The notes beneath the pieces were generated by a model. That model searched no databases. It saw nothing but the letters and a program-made list of their open reading frames with translations, and was not told the origin of the DNA. Made by a program: the position numbers and the translations under genes. Shown here piece after piece: positions 1-13,220 of a stretch of DNA of 64,000 bases (its first letter is position 1; every line of letters starts with the position of its first letter). Source of the DNA: Blastocystis sp. Blastoise (Eukaryota > Protista > Bigyra: Opalinata); assembly GCA_039096225.1 (NCBI GenBank), contig JBBPEB010000014.1, forward strand, positions 62,001 to 126,000, given 5' to 3'.

Positions 1-1422
<1,422 letters not shown>

Positions 1423-2019
1423 CTATATATAATATAATAAGATTAGCATAAAATATTATAATATCATTACTATTATAAAGCAAATAGGCAAAAAAATTCC
1501 CATTGGTCAGTTTTTGGAAAAACCATTTGATTGGCTAAGGTATACTATAGTTTGTACCCACAACTCCTCTAAACTTACGGGGAGTTAACTTTTGGTTGAA
1601 ACACAGTTCAATACGATATAAGCTGTAGTTTTGCACCGTATATTTGGTTAAGCGATATTGTTTATAATTAAAAAGTTATTAGTAAAAAAACAGAAAACAT
1701 GATTTTTGAGTCGTTTTTGATTGGCTCTTTGGGATCGTCCCGATAAAAATTGTTGACCAGACAATTGAAAAATAAACATGGGGTAAACTTGATTTTTTCT
1801 CAATCCCACAATATACGTTATCCGTGTTTATTCTTTATATTTATCTATTTTTTAATACTTTTTCATATTGAACACGTGAGGCCTTAACGGTCAAATTTAG
1901 ATTGTCAATTTGACATCATATTCTGATTCAGGAGGTCAAAAAACCTAGGTGTACCAATTTTCAGCTCCTGAGGACGATTTTTGAGTGATCGATATTTTCT
2001 TCGATCTTCTTATAATTGA

Positions 2020-3200
2020 CTAATATTACAGTATTGTAATTAATAGGTCCTCAAACCACTATAGTCAAAGCAGAGTCTTAAAATAACGAGTTTGAGTGTC
2101 ACAATTTTGAAAAATGTGAATTAAGTGGTCTTAGAGGACAAGATTCAATATAATGACTTTTGTTTAGTAAACTAGAGATATTACTCTATACTATATCAAA
2201 ACAAGAGTCAAAATTAATAGGGTCAAAGTATATGAGCAAATGACAAAATGTGTCTTAAAAAGTAAAAGGGTTTCTATATGTGTTTAGAATCATATATTAA
2301 GTCTATTTTATGAATAATAGCTTTAAATAAATAGTTTAAGGTTGTCAAATTCAAAAGAATGTGTAAAACATAGTCTTAGACTTTGAATAAAAAATTTAGA
2401 GATATTAATTAGTGTACAGCTGTAGTAGCTCTACAACATATCAAAAGTACAGTTAAAATAATTTTTAAAGAATGGATGTGTGAGGTGTTGTGACTATTAT
2501 TTAAAATTTATTTTTACTTCAGTTTATGTTAAATCATGAATTTCGTGCACTATAAAAAAATTGAGCCAAAAAATTAACTCTAAGGGTCTTAAATTTAAAA
2601 AAATGTAAAAATGAGTGACTTAGAGGACGAGATTCAAAATAAGAGTGTTTATTCATTAAACTAGAGTGTATGACCTATATTATGTTAAAAGGAGGGACAA
2701 AAATATTTTGATCAAAGTGTATGACCAAATGGTAAAGTGTCTTTAAAAGTGTTATGGTGATGACAGTTGTTGTTATCGATCCAAGTCAAGTCTACTCTTA
2801 AAATATTAGCTTTAAATAGCAAGTTAAAGGTTGTCTATTTGTCAAAATGTTTTAAAGACTGTCCTAAAATAAGAGATTCAAGAAGTTGACTTTCATTTTA
2901 TACATTATATGTCTATATAAATACTTTATCAAAAGAACTTTGGAAAATATTGTCGATTAGTGTTTTGCCAAATGGTAAAGTTGTATCAAGAGTTGATTGT
3001 TTCCATTCATTTTTGTTTAAATCAGTATTTTATGTCCACTCTATAAAAACTATCTTTTAATACTGAGTTTAAAGTTTTAAAGTCAACATGTGTGTTTGGT
3101 TTGTTTACTTTTAATTATTAAAATTGAGTTTAAATCAATAAAACAAGTTTAACACATGTATTTTGATTGATATAATCAGTTTTAAGATGACTTGGCTGTT
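2020..3200. repeat. Degenerate ~244-bp tandem repeat (4-5 units) in outer Helitron
   Basis: Recurring motifs (G)AGATTCAA at ~2141, ~2630, ~2872 and CAAATG at ~2237, ~2726, ~2969 give spacings of ~244 and ~488. Confidence 0.7.
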
Positions 3201-3401
3201 TAAGTATAAATGGATTTGTTCTCATTGTGACTGTTATTGAGAAGAGGAAGTCTACAAAAAATATAAAAAGTTAGATATATATATATAAGGTCAAAATTGA
3301 AAAGTATAATTTAAAACAAATAAAAATAAGGTTAAAAAAAGAGAATATATATATATATATAATAATATGTAAATAAAATATTTAAAAAAAGAAAAATAAG
3401 A

Positions 3402-3468
3402 CTTCATGTCAGGAATTGAACCTGAAAACAATCTATAATGATTGCTTCTCTCCTTCTAGAGCATAAAG
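3402..3468 (-). ncRNA. tRNA-like cloverleaf, copy A
   Basis: Minus strand CTTTATG-CTCT agaagg AGAG-AAGCAATC attata GATTGTTT-TCAGG ttcaatt CCTGA-CATGAAG: four stems, a GG-containing D-like loop and a T-loop/B-box GGTTCAATTCC. Confidence 0.7.
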
Positions 3469-3491
3469 GGAGTTTAAAGAGTAATAATAAT

Positions 3492-3529
<38 letters not shown>

Positions 3530-3535
<6 letters not shown>

Positions 3536-4135
3536 GGAATGAAGGAAGTAGGAAGAATGTGGAAGTAGGAAGTAGGAAGAAAGAAGAAGGAAGGATGAAG
3601 GAAGAAGGAAGAAGTAGGAAGAAGGAAGAAGTAGGATGAAGGATGAAGGAAGAAGAAGGAAGAAGGAAGAAGTAGGATGAAGAAAGAAGGATGAGGAAGT
3701 AGGAAGAAGAAGGAAGAAGTAGGAAGAAGGAAGAAGGAAGAATGAAGGATGAAGGAAGAAGAAGGAAGAAGGAAGAAGTAGGATGAAGAAAGAAGGATGA
3801 GGAAGTAGGAAGAAGAAGGAAGAAGGAAGAAGAAGGAAGAAGGAAGAATGACGGATGAGGAAGTAGGAAGTAGGAAGGAAGAATGAAGAATGAAGAATGA
3901 AGAATGAAGAATGAGGAAGTAGGAAGAAGAAGGAAGAAGGAAGAAGAATGAAGAATGAAGAATGAAGAATGAAGAATGAGGAAGTAGGAAGGAAGAATGA
4001 AGAATGAGGAAGAAGGTAGTAGGAAGGATAAGGAAGAAGTAAAATGAAGTAGAAAGAAGGAAGAAAGAAGAAAAAGGAACAAGAAGACTATTAAACCTAT
4101 ATACAATAGAAAAAATATAAAAAGATAACATAAAA

Positions 4136-4166
<31 letters not shown>

Positions 4167-4238
4167 AATAAATAAATAAATATAATAAATATAATAAATA
4201 TAATAAATATAATAAATATAATAAATAAATAAAAAACA

Positions 4239-4310
<72 letters not shown>

Positions 4311-4327
4311 TATATAAATATATATAA

Positions 4328-4374
<47 letters not shown>

Positions 4375-4855
4375 AAAACATAAATAATAAATAATAAAAA
4401 TGAAAACAATAAATAAAATATAAATATATACCTAATGGATTAATCTGAAACCACAGACTAAAGAAGAACGACATGAAAAAACGAAGACCACAACACATCA
4501 ACAACATTTTCTTTCCTATAGAATAAAAATAATTAAAAACTATTTAATAGATGATATAAAAAGACAAAATAAATAATATAGATAATAAAATTAAATAATA
4601 ACAAAAAGTAATTAGTAAAAAATAAACAGATGTTAAGAAATAAATAATATATTTATATACCTGATAATAAGTAACCCATTTCACACAACCAGGACCACTT
4701 TAAGAACCACTCACCACCACAACCAAGACAAATACAAGAGAATCCTATAAAAAAGTGTATTATTATAAATAAATAAATTAATATATACAAATAAATATAA
4801 AAATAATAACTAAATAACATCAAATTAATTAATAAAACATACCCAGACAATCAAT
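3530..4855 (-). other. Spliced Helitron-internal transcript, divergent from the microexon gene (coding status unclear)
   Basis: Conserved GT-AG exons 4744-4661 (GFSCICLGCGGEWFLKWSWLCEMGYLLS) and 4515-4432 (GKKMLLMCCGLRFF...), and an exon from 4096 into the CT-rich tract. The splice sites are kept in the nested copy; no clear upstream ATG. Confidence 0.5.
3533..4090. repeat. Polypurine (GAA/GGAA/GAAT) low-complexity tract
   Basis: ~550 bp built from gaag/gaagga/gaatga/gaagtag units; inverted homologue at ~11300-11730. Confidence 0.9.
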
Positions 4856-4891
4856 ACAAACAAATATTTAAAAAATGTAAAAAACTATAGT

Positions 4892-4907
4892 TTTTGGGTA
4901 CCCAAAA
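4892..4907. promoter_or_regulatory. Perfect 16-bp palindrome TTTTGGGTACCCAAAA between divergent transcription units
   Basis: Exactly conserved in the nested copy (10607-10622) while its flanks diverge. Confidence 0.5.
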
Positions 4908-5100
4908 TGTTTTTAACAAAAAATGACCCAATTATCAGCTTAGCATAAGATAATAATGAAAATTCGAGGTTATTTATGATTCCTATTAATTTTTAAATAT
5001 GCATATTTTAAATATTGTCCCTATTTTACAAAAGTTCAAATATGAATATGTTTTTGTTTTCTACATAAAAATACTTATTTTTATTAAATTATTAAATAAG

Positions 5101-6453
5101 ATGCCTAGAAAAGGCAGAATGTCATCAAGGCGGAGGTCCTTGAACAAAAAAAACTACCTTTCTCAAAGACGGTCCAGTATGTATTGTATTTATTTTTTTT
5201 TATTATTCATATATAGGTTCTTCTACTCAACAGGATACAAGTATGGATGTCATTGATGGTGATGGTGCTTATCAATATGGTCTTGAAAGTATATATTTAT
5301 ACATTTCTTTTTGTTTTATTATTTTATATTATCTTAGGCTCTTCTATGTCCTTGGTGTCCTATTCTGATGATGGTGTGAGGTTATCGTGTGGTCCTGAAG
5401 GTATGTTGGCATTCATTTGTTTTTATTTTTATATTTTATTTTCTATAGGTTCTTCTATTGTTGTGGACTCTGTTGCTGGAGCTATTGATGGTGATGTTAA
5501 CTCTACTCACGGTCTTGAAGGTATGTTGTCAATCATTTATTTTATTTTTTTTTATTTTTATTTATCTATAGGTTCTTATACTCATGATGATGTTGTTGCT
5601 GATGCTATTGATGGTGGTGTTAACTCTACTCATGATCTTCAAGGTATATAATCATTCATTTATTTATTTATTTTTAATTATTTCTTTTATTTCCTATTTA
5701 TATTTTATTATAGGTTCTTCTGTTGCTGTGAATGTTAGTGCTGATGTTATTCATGAAGAAGGTATATATAATCTATTTTCTTTTTCTTCTTTTTGATTTA
5801 TACTTTTATTTTATAAATATATATAGGTCCTTCTGTTCTGATAGTGTCTTCTGTTCATGGTACTGTATCTGATGGTGATCATCCTTCTGAGGCTAAAGGT
5901 ATATAGATATATCATATATATATATTTATTATTTTTCTTTTAATTCTTTCTTATTTGTTTTTATATAGGTCCTTCAACTCAGTTAGTACATGGTCATTCC
6001 TCTATTCCTTCTTCAGAAGGTATATACATATATATATGTATCTATGTTTATTCTATTTTATGATTCTATATAGGTGTGTCTTTTAATTTGGGATCGTGTG
6101 ACTCTGATGTTGGTCTTGATATGGTTACTACTAATATATATAAAGGTATATATATATATATATAATATTATTTATTTATTTATACTTATACTATTGTATA
6201 TATATATATATATAGGTGATGGTGTTAATAATTTTTCAGTCGTTGATGGTGTCAACAATTCTTCAATTATTCAAGGTATATATATACTTATATCATATTC
6301 TATACTTATATAGGTTCAAATAAAGTTGTGGGTAAGTATTATTTATTATTTTAGTTTGTTTTTCTTTTGTTTTATTTTTTTTTTTCTTTCACAGATAATA
6401 GCTTTCTGTTGTCTGCTTTCTTTTTATTATCTATTTATATATTTATTTACTAA
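5101..6453 (+). CDS. Helitron cargo gene: 12 short exons joined by phase-1 introns; basic N-terminus, acidic Gly/Ser/Val/Asp repeats, hydrophobic tail
   Basis: ATG 5101 MPRKGRMSSRRRSLNKKNYLSQRRS, then exons SSSTQQDTSMDV..., GSSIVVDSVAGAIDGDVNSTHGLE, GSYTHDDVVADAIDGGVNSTHDLQ ... GSNKVV, DNSFLLSAFFLLSIYIFIY* (TAA 6451-6453). All introns are GT-AG and the spliced frame is open. Confidence 0.75.
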
Positions 6454-6984
6454 GCTTAGCTTTAGCTACTTAGTATTTAAATATTTAATAGAATCCTTTC
6501 TTTTTTCATTTTTGTTTTGTTATTTTTTTTTATTTTAATTTTACTTTAATCGTATCGATTAACGGGAAGGTGTCGGATATTAAGATAATTTTTGAATTAC
6601 TTAATATTAAATAGTGTTGAGTATTTTAATATTTGTATTTAATTTAATTAATACAACTATTGATTACATATATGACTCATACTATTGCTGACTATTGTTC
6701 GCTTCTAACTCTATATAGTCTAACCGATGTAATACTATCAATGATTGAGATATCTAAGTGTTAAGATTCTTCACTTACTCACATTGTATATGATATTAAC
6801 TGGTAGTTAGCTATATGTTTATAGAATGTTGTAACAAAGCACAATAGCTATAGATGCCCGCTATGAGGTTGAATCATATAGATTGTTTAATAAATTATAC
6901 AATATTAATTACCTATACTTATTTAATATTAGTTTTCATTAATTATAATATTATCTTTCATTACATTATAGTATTGAAGATAAT

Positions 6985-7422
6985 TATTAATTAATAAAGT
7001 TTTTACTTTATATTATTTAATATATCATACTATATGTATATATTATTATATTAATAAAGGTTATATACTTTATATTAATAAATATATCATAGTATATCTA
7101 TGTATTATTATATTAATAAATGTTATATACTTTATATTAATAAATATATCATAGTATATCTATGTATTATATTATATTAATAAATGTTATACTTTATATT
7201 AATTAATATATCATAGTATATCTATGTATTATTATATTAATAAGAGTTATATACTTTATATTAATAAATATATCATACTATACTTATGACTTATATTATA
7301 TTAATAAAGGTTATACTTTATATTAATTAATATATATCATACTATACTTATGTATTATATTATATTAATAAAGGTTATACTTTATATTAATTAATATATA
7401 TCATATTATATTCTATGTATTA
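6985..7422. repeat. ~60-bp AT-rich quasi-palindromic tandem array, left part
   Basis: About 7 units of TATTAATAAAGGTTATACTTTATATTAATTAATATATATCATACTATAC/TTATGTATTA; continues at 13782. Confidence 0.9.
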
Positions 7423-7472
7423 CTAGGGTCACGCCGCAGGTCCGGGGCCTAACGGCACCGGACCGCGGCTGC
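7423..7472 (-). terminator. Helitron 3' terminal hairpin + CTAG of the nested element
   Basis: GCCGC GGTCCGGT GCC gtta GGC CCCGGACC t GCGGC gtgacc CTAG. Confidence 0.9.
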
Positions 7473-7630
7473 AATGAATAATAAGTGTTTTGTTTTTATT
7501 CACTTTCTTTCCTTATTATCTACTATATATTATATAATATATATTATTTATTAAATATTATCTATAATATGTTACTTATTATCTATAATATGTTACTTAT
7601 TATATATTATATATAGTATTTTATTAACAC

Positions 7631-7700
7631 TTCTTATACTCTATATGGAGAGTTACAATCATATATTGATTGTAATCAGGTTCAATTCCTGATATAAGAA
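7631..7700 (+). ncRNA. tRNA-like cloverleaf, copy C (diverged)
   Basis: TTCTTATA-CTCT atatgg AGAG-TTACAATCA tatat TGATTGTAA-TCAGG ttcaatt CCTGA-TATAAGAA; compensatory changes relative to copies A and B. Confidence 0.7.
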
Positions 7701-7899
7701 TTAAAATTTACTTTTGAATAGTATCTGAAAAACTAAAAACAATACTTTAAAAAAAATAAGAAATCGTTTTTGAATCATTATATTTGTTATTTATTATTTT
7801 AAAAATATATTTTGTATTTATAAATAGTTGAGTTACTGCTTTAATTATTATGGAGTTTCTAAAGCTAATAAATTTAGAAATGGGTCACAATGTTAAGTA

Positions 7900-8720
7900 T
7901 TGAAAGTCATTATTATGTAAAATCATTTTAAATAGATTATAATAAGGTAGTTTACACTTTCTTTAACCATTTCATAAAACTAAAACGAATCTAACACAAC
8001 AAAGTCAACATTCATTTTCACTTTAACGACTTAAACACATAATTTTAGAATTAATATTAATAAAGTCACTCTAAAAAGCATTTCTATACATAAAAGTGTC
8101 AACAATATCGCTTGTAAAGAGACTTCACCATTTTGATATCCAGTGTATCAAAATAGTTTTAGACATAACTTTCACATAGTATAGATCTCATTATTTCATA
8201 TATTACTTATAGTTGAATGTCTTGAATCTCTGACCTAAAGACCCTTTTTTATACATTTTGAAAAGTTAACACACTTATAGTTAATTTAAAAAGCTTATAT
8301 TTTAACACTATGCTCAACATAACTCTATCAATACATTAGCTACCATTTTGACACTCTTTATAAACATTTTTCATTTGGTCATACACTTTGTCAAGAGTAT
8401 TTTTGTCCCTCCTTTTAATATAATTCAGACTATAAATAATAGTTTGATAAATAAAATGTTTTATATTGAATCTCGTCCTTTGGATAATTCATTTCTACAT
8501 TTTAAAAAAATAATCCCTTTAAACTTGTTTTTAAAAGTCAAAATTTTCATAGTATAACAAAAACACAATTTTAAAAGAATAGACTTACTCTTTAAAATTT
8601 CTGAACAACTCAAACGCATTCTTAATTCACTTGTCAAAAATGAAATTCTCTTATTTTTTAATATGTTGTAGAGTACATGTTGTTCTATATTAAACAATTT
8701 CTATAATTTTAAATCTCTTA
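7900..8720. repeat. Third, diverged block of the ~244-bp repeat
   Basis: TTGAATCTC at ~8222 and ~8466; CATTTGGTCATACACTTTG at ~8372 matches ~12514 and ~13003. Confidence 0.65.
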
Positions 8721-8961
8721 ATTTAATAACCTATTTTTTCACATTTCTTATTGCTTAAAATTTTACACATAATTAAATATATAAATGAAAGTGGAGAATA
8801 CAAAACTTAATAATAACTCAATCATTGATGTAATTATATCGCTAGTCTATATCAGATTAGGTGATAAATGAATGTTATTATAAATTAAAACAATATTAAG
8901 GACCACATACTAATAACATTAACTAATTTCAAAATTATCTTAATAGTAAGCACAATAAAAA

Positions 8962-10412
8962 TTATAAAAAACGAACAAAACAAAAATAAATAAATAATAC
9001 TAAGAAAACAGATAATAGAAAGATATTATCTGTGAAAAAAAAAAATAATAATAATAAACAAAGCAAAACAAAACAAAACAAAAATAAAATAATATGTTAA
9101 GTATGCCAACCAAATTAGAAGAACCTATAGAAATAAAAGATAAATATATATATATATACCTTCAGCATTAAAGAACTATTTACACCATCACTATATAGAT
9201 AAAATATATAGATATATATATTAAAAGAAATATAAATATTTGTTATATATATATATATATATATATACCTTTAGATATATTTTTATTATTAAAATAAAAG
9301 CCAACATTAGGGTGATAAGATCCCCTATTAGAAAAGACACCTATATATAATAAATAATAAAAAATATATAAACAATAAAAATATATATACCTTCTAAAGA
9401 AGGAACAGAAAAATAAGTATCATATCATAACTGACTTGAAGAACCTATATATAATGATAAGATAATTAATAAATTAAAAAAAAAGAAAGGAAGAAATAAG
9501 TATATACCTTTCATTACCTATAATAGAAGACTCGATCAGAATAGAAGGACCTATATATAAATAATAAATAAAAATAAACTAAATTAAATTAAAAAAATAG
9601 ACATACCTTAATTATTAACACCTTCAGCAACCACACACACAACAATAAAAGAACCTATAAAGAAACAGTAATAGACAAATAATAAATAAAAAAATAATAA
9701 TAATAAATGAATGACAATATATATATATACCTTTAATACCATAGGAACAGTCTATCTGATCACCAACAACATCAACAGCAGTATTGAAAACATCAGAAGA
9801 ACCTAAATATATATAAAAGTAAAAAAGAAAAATAAATGAATGACAACATACCTTCAACACTACACAGATATCTTCATCTACACCACTGTTTACATGCACA
9901 GCAACTGAAGAACCTATATATATATATAGAAATAATAAAAAAATAATAATAAAATATAAAAATAAATTAAATGATTGGCAACATACCTTCAATACAATAA
10001 GAAGAACCTACAATCACATCATTAGAACCATTAGCATCATTTAAAACAACAGAAGAACCTATAAATAAAGAAAAGTTAAAAAAATAAAAACAAATCATTG
10101 ACAACATACCTTCACAGTTAGCATAACAGGCAACACCACCACCACTGCATAATTCAAATAGCATAGAAGAACCTAAAATAATATAATAAATAATTTAAAA
10201 AAAAAAAGAAATGGAAAAATATATACATTAAAGACCATCATAGCAAGTACCACCAAGACCAAGAGCATACACAACTGGATTTTATTGAGTAGAAGAACCT
10301 AAATATGAATAATAATAACAAATAGATATAATATACCTGATTTTCTTTGAAATATATATTATTTTTTATTTCCAGACCTCCTCCTGGATGACATTTTGTT
10401 GTTTTTAGACAT
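8962..10412 (-). pseudogene. Nested-element copy of the microexon gene, with in-frame stops
   Basis: ATG 10412 MSKNNKMSSRRRSGNKK*YIFQRKS (TAA where the outer copy has AAC); TGA in the exon at ~9392-9444; same GSS...G exon architecture; ends DNIFLLSVFLVLFIYFCFVRFL*. Confidence 0.7.
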
Positions 10413-10659
10413 CTTATTTAATAATATAATATACAATTAAGTATTTGAATATGTATTTAAGAATCCTATTTCATTTGTATTAATAAATATAATAGGGTCT
10501 ATTTTCAAAATATGCTTCTTTAAACATAATAGAAATCAAAAAAAACCTTAATTTTTCATTGATTTATTTACTAAAGTAATAATTGGGTCATTCTTATTTA
10601 AAATCATTTTGGGTACCCAAAAAACATAGTTCTTTACTCTTTTTTTAAATATTTAATTA

Positions 10660-11730
10660 TATTGATTGACTGAGTATGTTTTATTTATTTATTTGATATT
10701 GTTTAGTTATTATTTTTATATATATTTGTATGTATATATTTATTTATTTAAAATAATACACTTTTCTATAGGATTCTTTTGTATTTGTCTTGGTTGTGGT
10801 AGTGAAGGGTTCTTGAAGTGGTCTTGGTTGTGTGTAATGGATTACTTTGTTTCAGGTATATAAATATATTATTTATTTCTTAAGATCTGTTTTTCTTTTT
10901 GTTAATTCGTTTTTATTATTTATTATTTTTATTATCAATATTATTTATTTAGTCTTTACATATAATTTATTCTATATATTATTAATAATTTTTATTCTAT
11001 AGGAAAGAAACTTCAATGGATGTGTTGTGGTCTTCGTTGCTAAATATTTTCCTTCTTTAATCTGTCGTTCAAGGTTATTTTAAAGGTATATATTTATATT
11101 TTATTTATTATTTTTATTATTTATTGTTTACATTTTTTTTTATTATTTATTTATTTATTTATTATTTATTTATTCATTTTTTTTATATGTTTATTTATTT
11201 ATTAATTATATATATATATATTTATATATATATTTATTGTTTATTATTTATTTATTTATTTATTTATTTATTATGTTTATTTATTGTATATAGGTTTAAT
11301 ATTCTTCTTAGTTTTTTTTTTTCTTCTTTCTATCTTCGTTCTTCTTCCTTCTTACTTCTTCCTTCTTCCTCATCCTTCCTACTTACTTCATTCTTCCTTC
11401 CTTCTTCTTCCTTCTTCCTTCTTCTTTCTGCCTTCTTTCTTTTCATTCTTTACTTCTTCCTCCTTCTTCCTTCTTCCTCATTCTTCCTTCATTCTTCGTA
11501 CTTACTTCTTACTTCTCCCTTCTTCTTCACCTTGGTTCTTCATTCTTCTTCCTCCTTCCTTCTTCCTTCTTTCTTCTTCCCCATCCTTGATTCTTCCTAT
11601 TTCCTTCTTCCTCATCCTTCTTTCTTCCTTCTTCTTCATCCTTCCTTCTTACTTCTTCATCCTTCCTTCTTAAACTTCCTCCTTCCTTCTTCCTTCTTCC
11701 TTCCTACTTCCTACTTCCTACTTCCTCCTT
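10660..11730 (+). other. Nested copy of the divergent spliced transcript and CT-rich tract
   Basis: Exon GFFCICLGCGSEGFLKWSWLCVMDYFVS; next exon GKKLQWMCCGLRC* (stop); then the CTT-rich tract. Confidence 0.5.
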
Positions 11731-11777
11731 ATTATATATATATATATATATTATTATTATTATTATTTATAAACTCC

Positions 11778-11844
11778 CTTTATGCTCTAGAAGGAGAGAA
11801 ACAATCATTATAGATTGTTTTCAGGTTCAATTCCTGACATGAAG
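11778..11844 (+). ncRNA. tRNA-like cloverleaf, copy B
   Basis: CTTTATG-CTCT agaagg AGAG-AAACAATC attata GATTGTTT-TCAGG ttcaatt CCTGA-CATGAAG. Confidence 0.7.
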
Positions 11845-12049
11845 TCTTATTTTTCTTTTTCTTTAATATTTTTTACGTATTATATATATATATATATTTT
11901 CTCTTTTTTTAAACTTATTTTTATCTCTTTTAGATTATACCTTTTAAATTTTGACATTATATACATATATCTAACTGTTTATAGTTTTTTTAGACTTCCT
12001 CTTCTCAACAACAGTCACAATGAGAACAAATCCATTTTAACTCAAACAA

Positions 12050-13220
12050 CTAAGTCATCTCAAAACTGTTTGAATCAATTAATATAGACGTCTATGACAT
12101 AATTTATCAATTTAAACTGATTTTCAACTCTCAAAAGTAAGCAAACCAAACACACATGTTGACTTTAAAACGTTAAACTCAGTATTAAAAGATAGTTTTT
12201 ATAGAGTGGACATAAAACATTGATTTAAACAAAAAGGAATGGAAACAATTCACTCTTGATACAACTTTACCATTTGACAAAACACTCATCCACAATATTT
12301 TCCAAAGTTCTTTTGTTAAAGTGTTTATATAGACATATTATGTATAAAATGAAAGTCAACTTCTTGAATCTCTTTGTTTAAGATAGTCTTTAAAACATTT
12401 TGACAAATTGACAACCTTTAACTTATTAGTTAAAGCTAATATTTAAAGAATAGACTTGATTCAGACATATAAACACAACTGTCATCATCATAACACTTTT
12501 AAAGACACTTTACCATTTGGTCATACACTTTGATCAAAATATTTTCGTCCCTTCTTTTAACATAATATAGATCATACACTCTAGTTTAATGAATAAAAGC
12601 TCTTATTTTGAATCTCGTCCTCTAAGTCACTCATTTTTACATTTTTTTAAATTTAAGACCCTTAGAGTTGACCTTTTGACTCAATTTTTCCACAGTGCAC
12701 GAAATTCACGATTTTGCTCAAACTGAAGTAAAAATAAATTTTAAATAATAGTCACAACACCTCACACATCCACTCTCTAAAAATTATTTTCTTTGTACTT
12801 TTGATATGTTGTAGAGCTACTACAGCTGTACACTAATTAATATCTCTAAATTTTTTATTCATAGTCTAAGACTATGTTTTACACATTCTTTTGAATTTGA
12901 CAACCTTAAACTATTTATTTAAAGCTCTTATTCATAGAATAAACTTGACTTAACATTCTATACACATATGCAAACCCTTTTTCTTTTTAAGACACATTTT
13001 GTCATTTGGTCATACACTTTGACCTTCATAATTTTGACTCTTCTTTTAACATAGTATAGAGTATTATCTCTAGTTTATTAAATAAAAGTCATTATATTGA
13101 ATCTCTCACTCTAAGACCACTTAATTCACATTTTTCAAAATTGTCATACTTAAACTCATTATTTTAAGACTCTGTTTCTACTATAGTAGTTTGATGACCT
13201 ATTGATTACTATGATACAAT
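12050..13220. repeat. ~244-bp degenerate repeat block in nested Helitron
   Basis: Reverse complement of 2020-3200; TTGAATCTC at ~12364, ~12608, ~13097. Confidence 0.7.

Noticed and set aside
3433-4409. Long F/L/S/P-rich ORFs (also 11124-11813)
   Set aside because: Open frames arise from a stop-poor CTT tract and TATT repeats; the shared C-terminal SLYALEGEKQSL is just the translated cloverleaf.
6985-7422. CRISPR-like array
   Set aside because: Units are contiguous with no unique spacers, there are no cas genes, and the context is eukaryotic.
11778-11844. Canonical tRNA gene
   Set aside because: No U8/A9 connector, no variable loop, and no consistent 7-nt anticodon loop among copies; kept as tRNA-like only.
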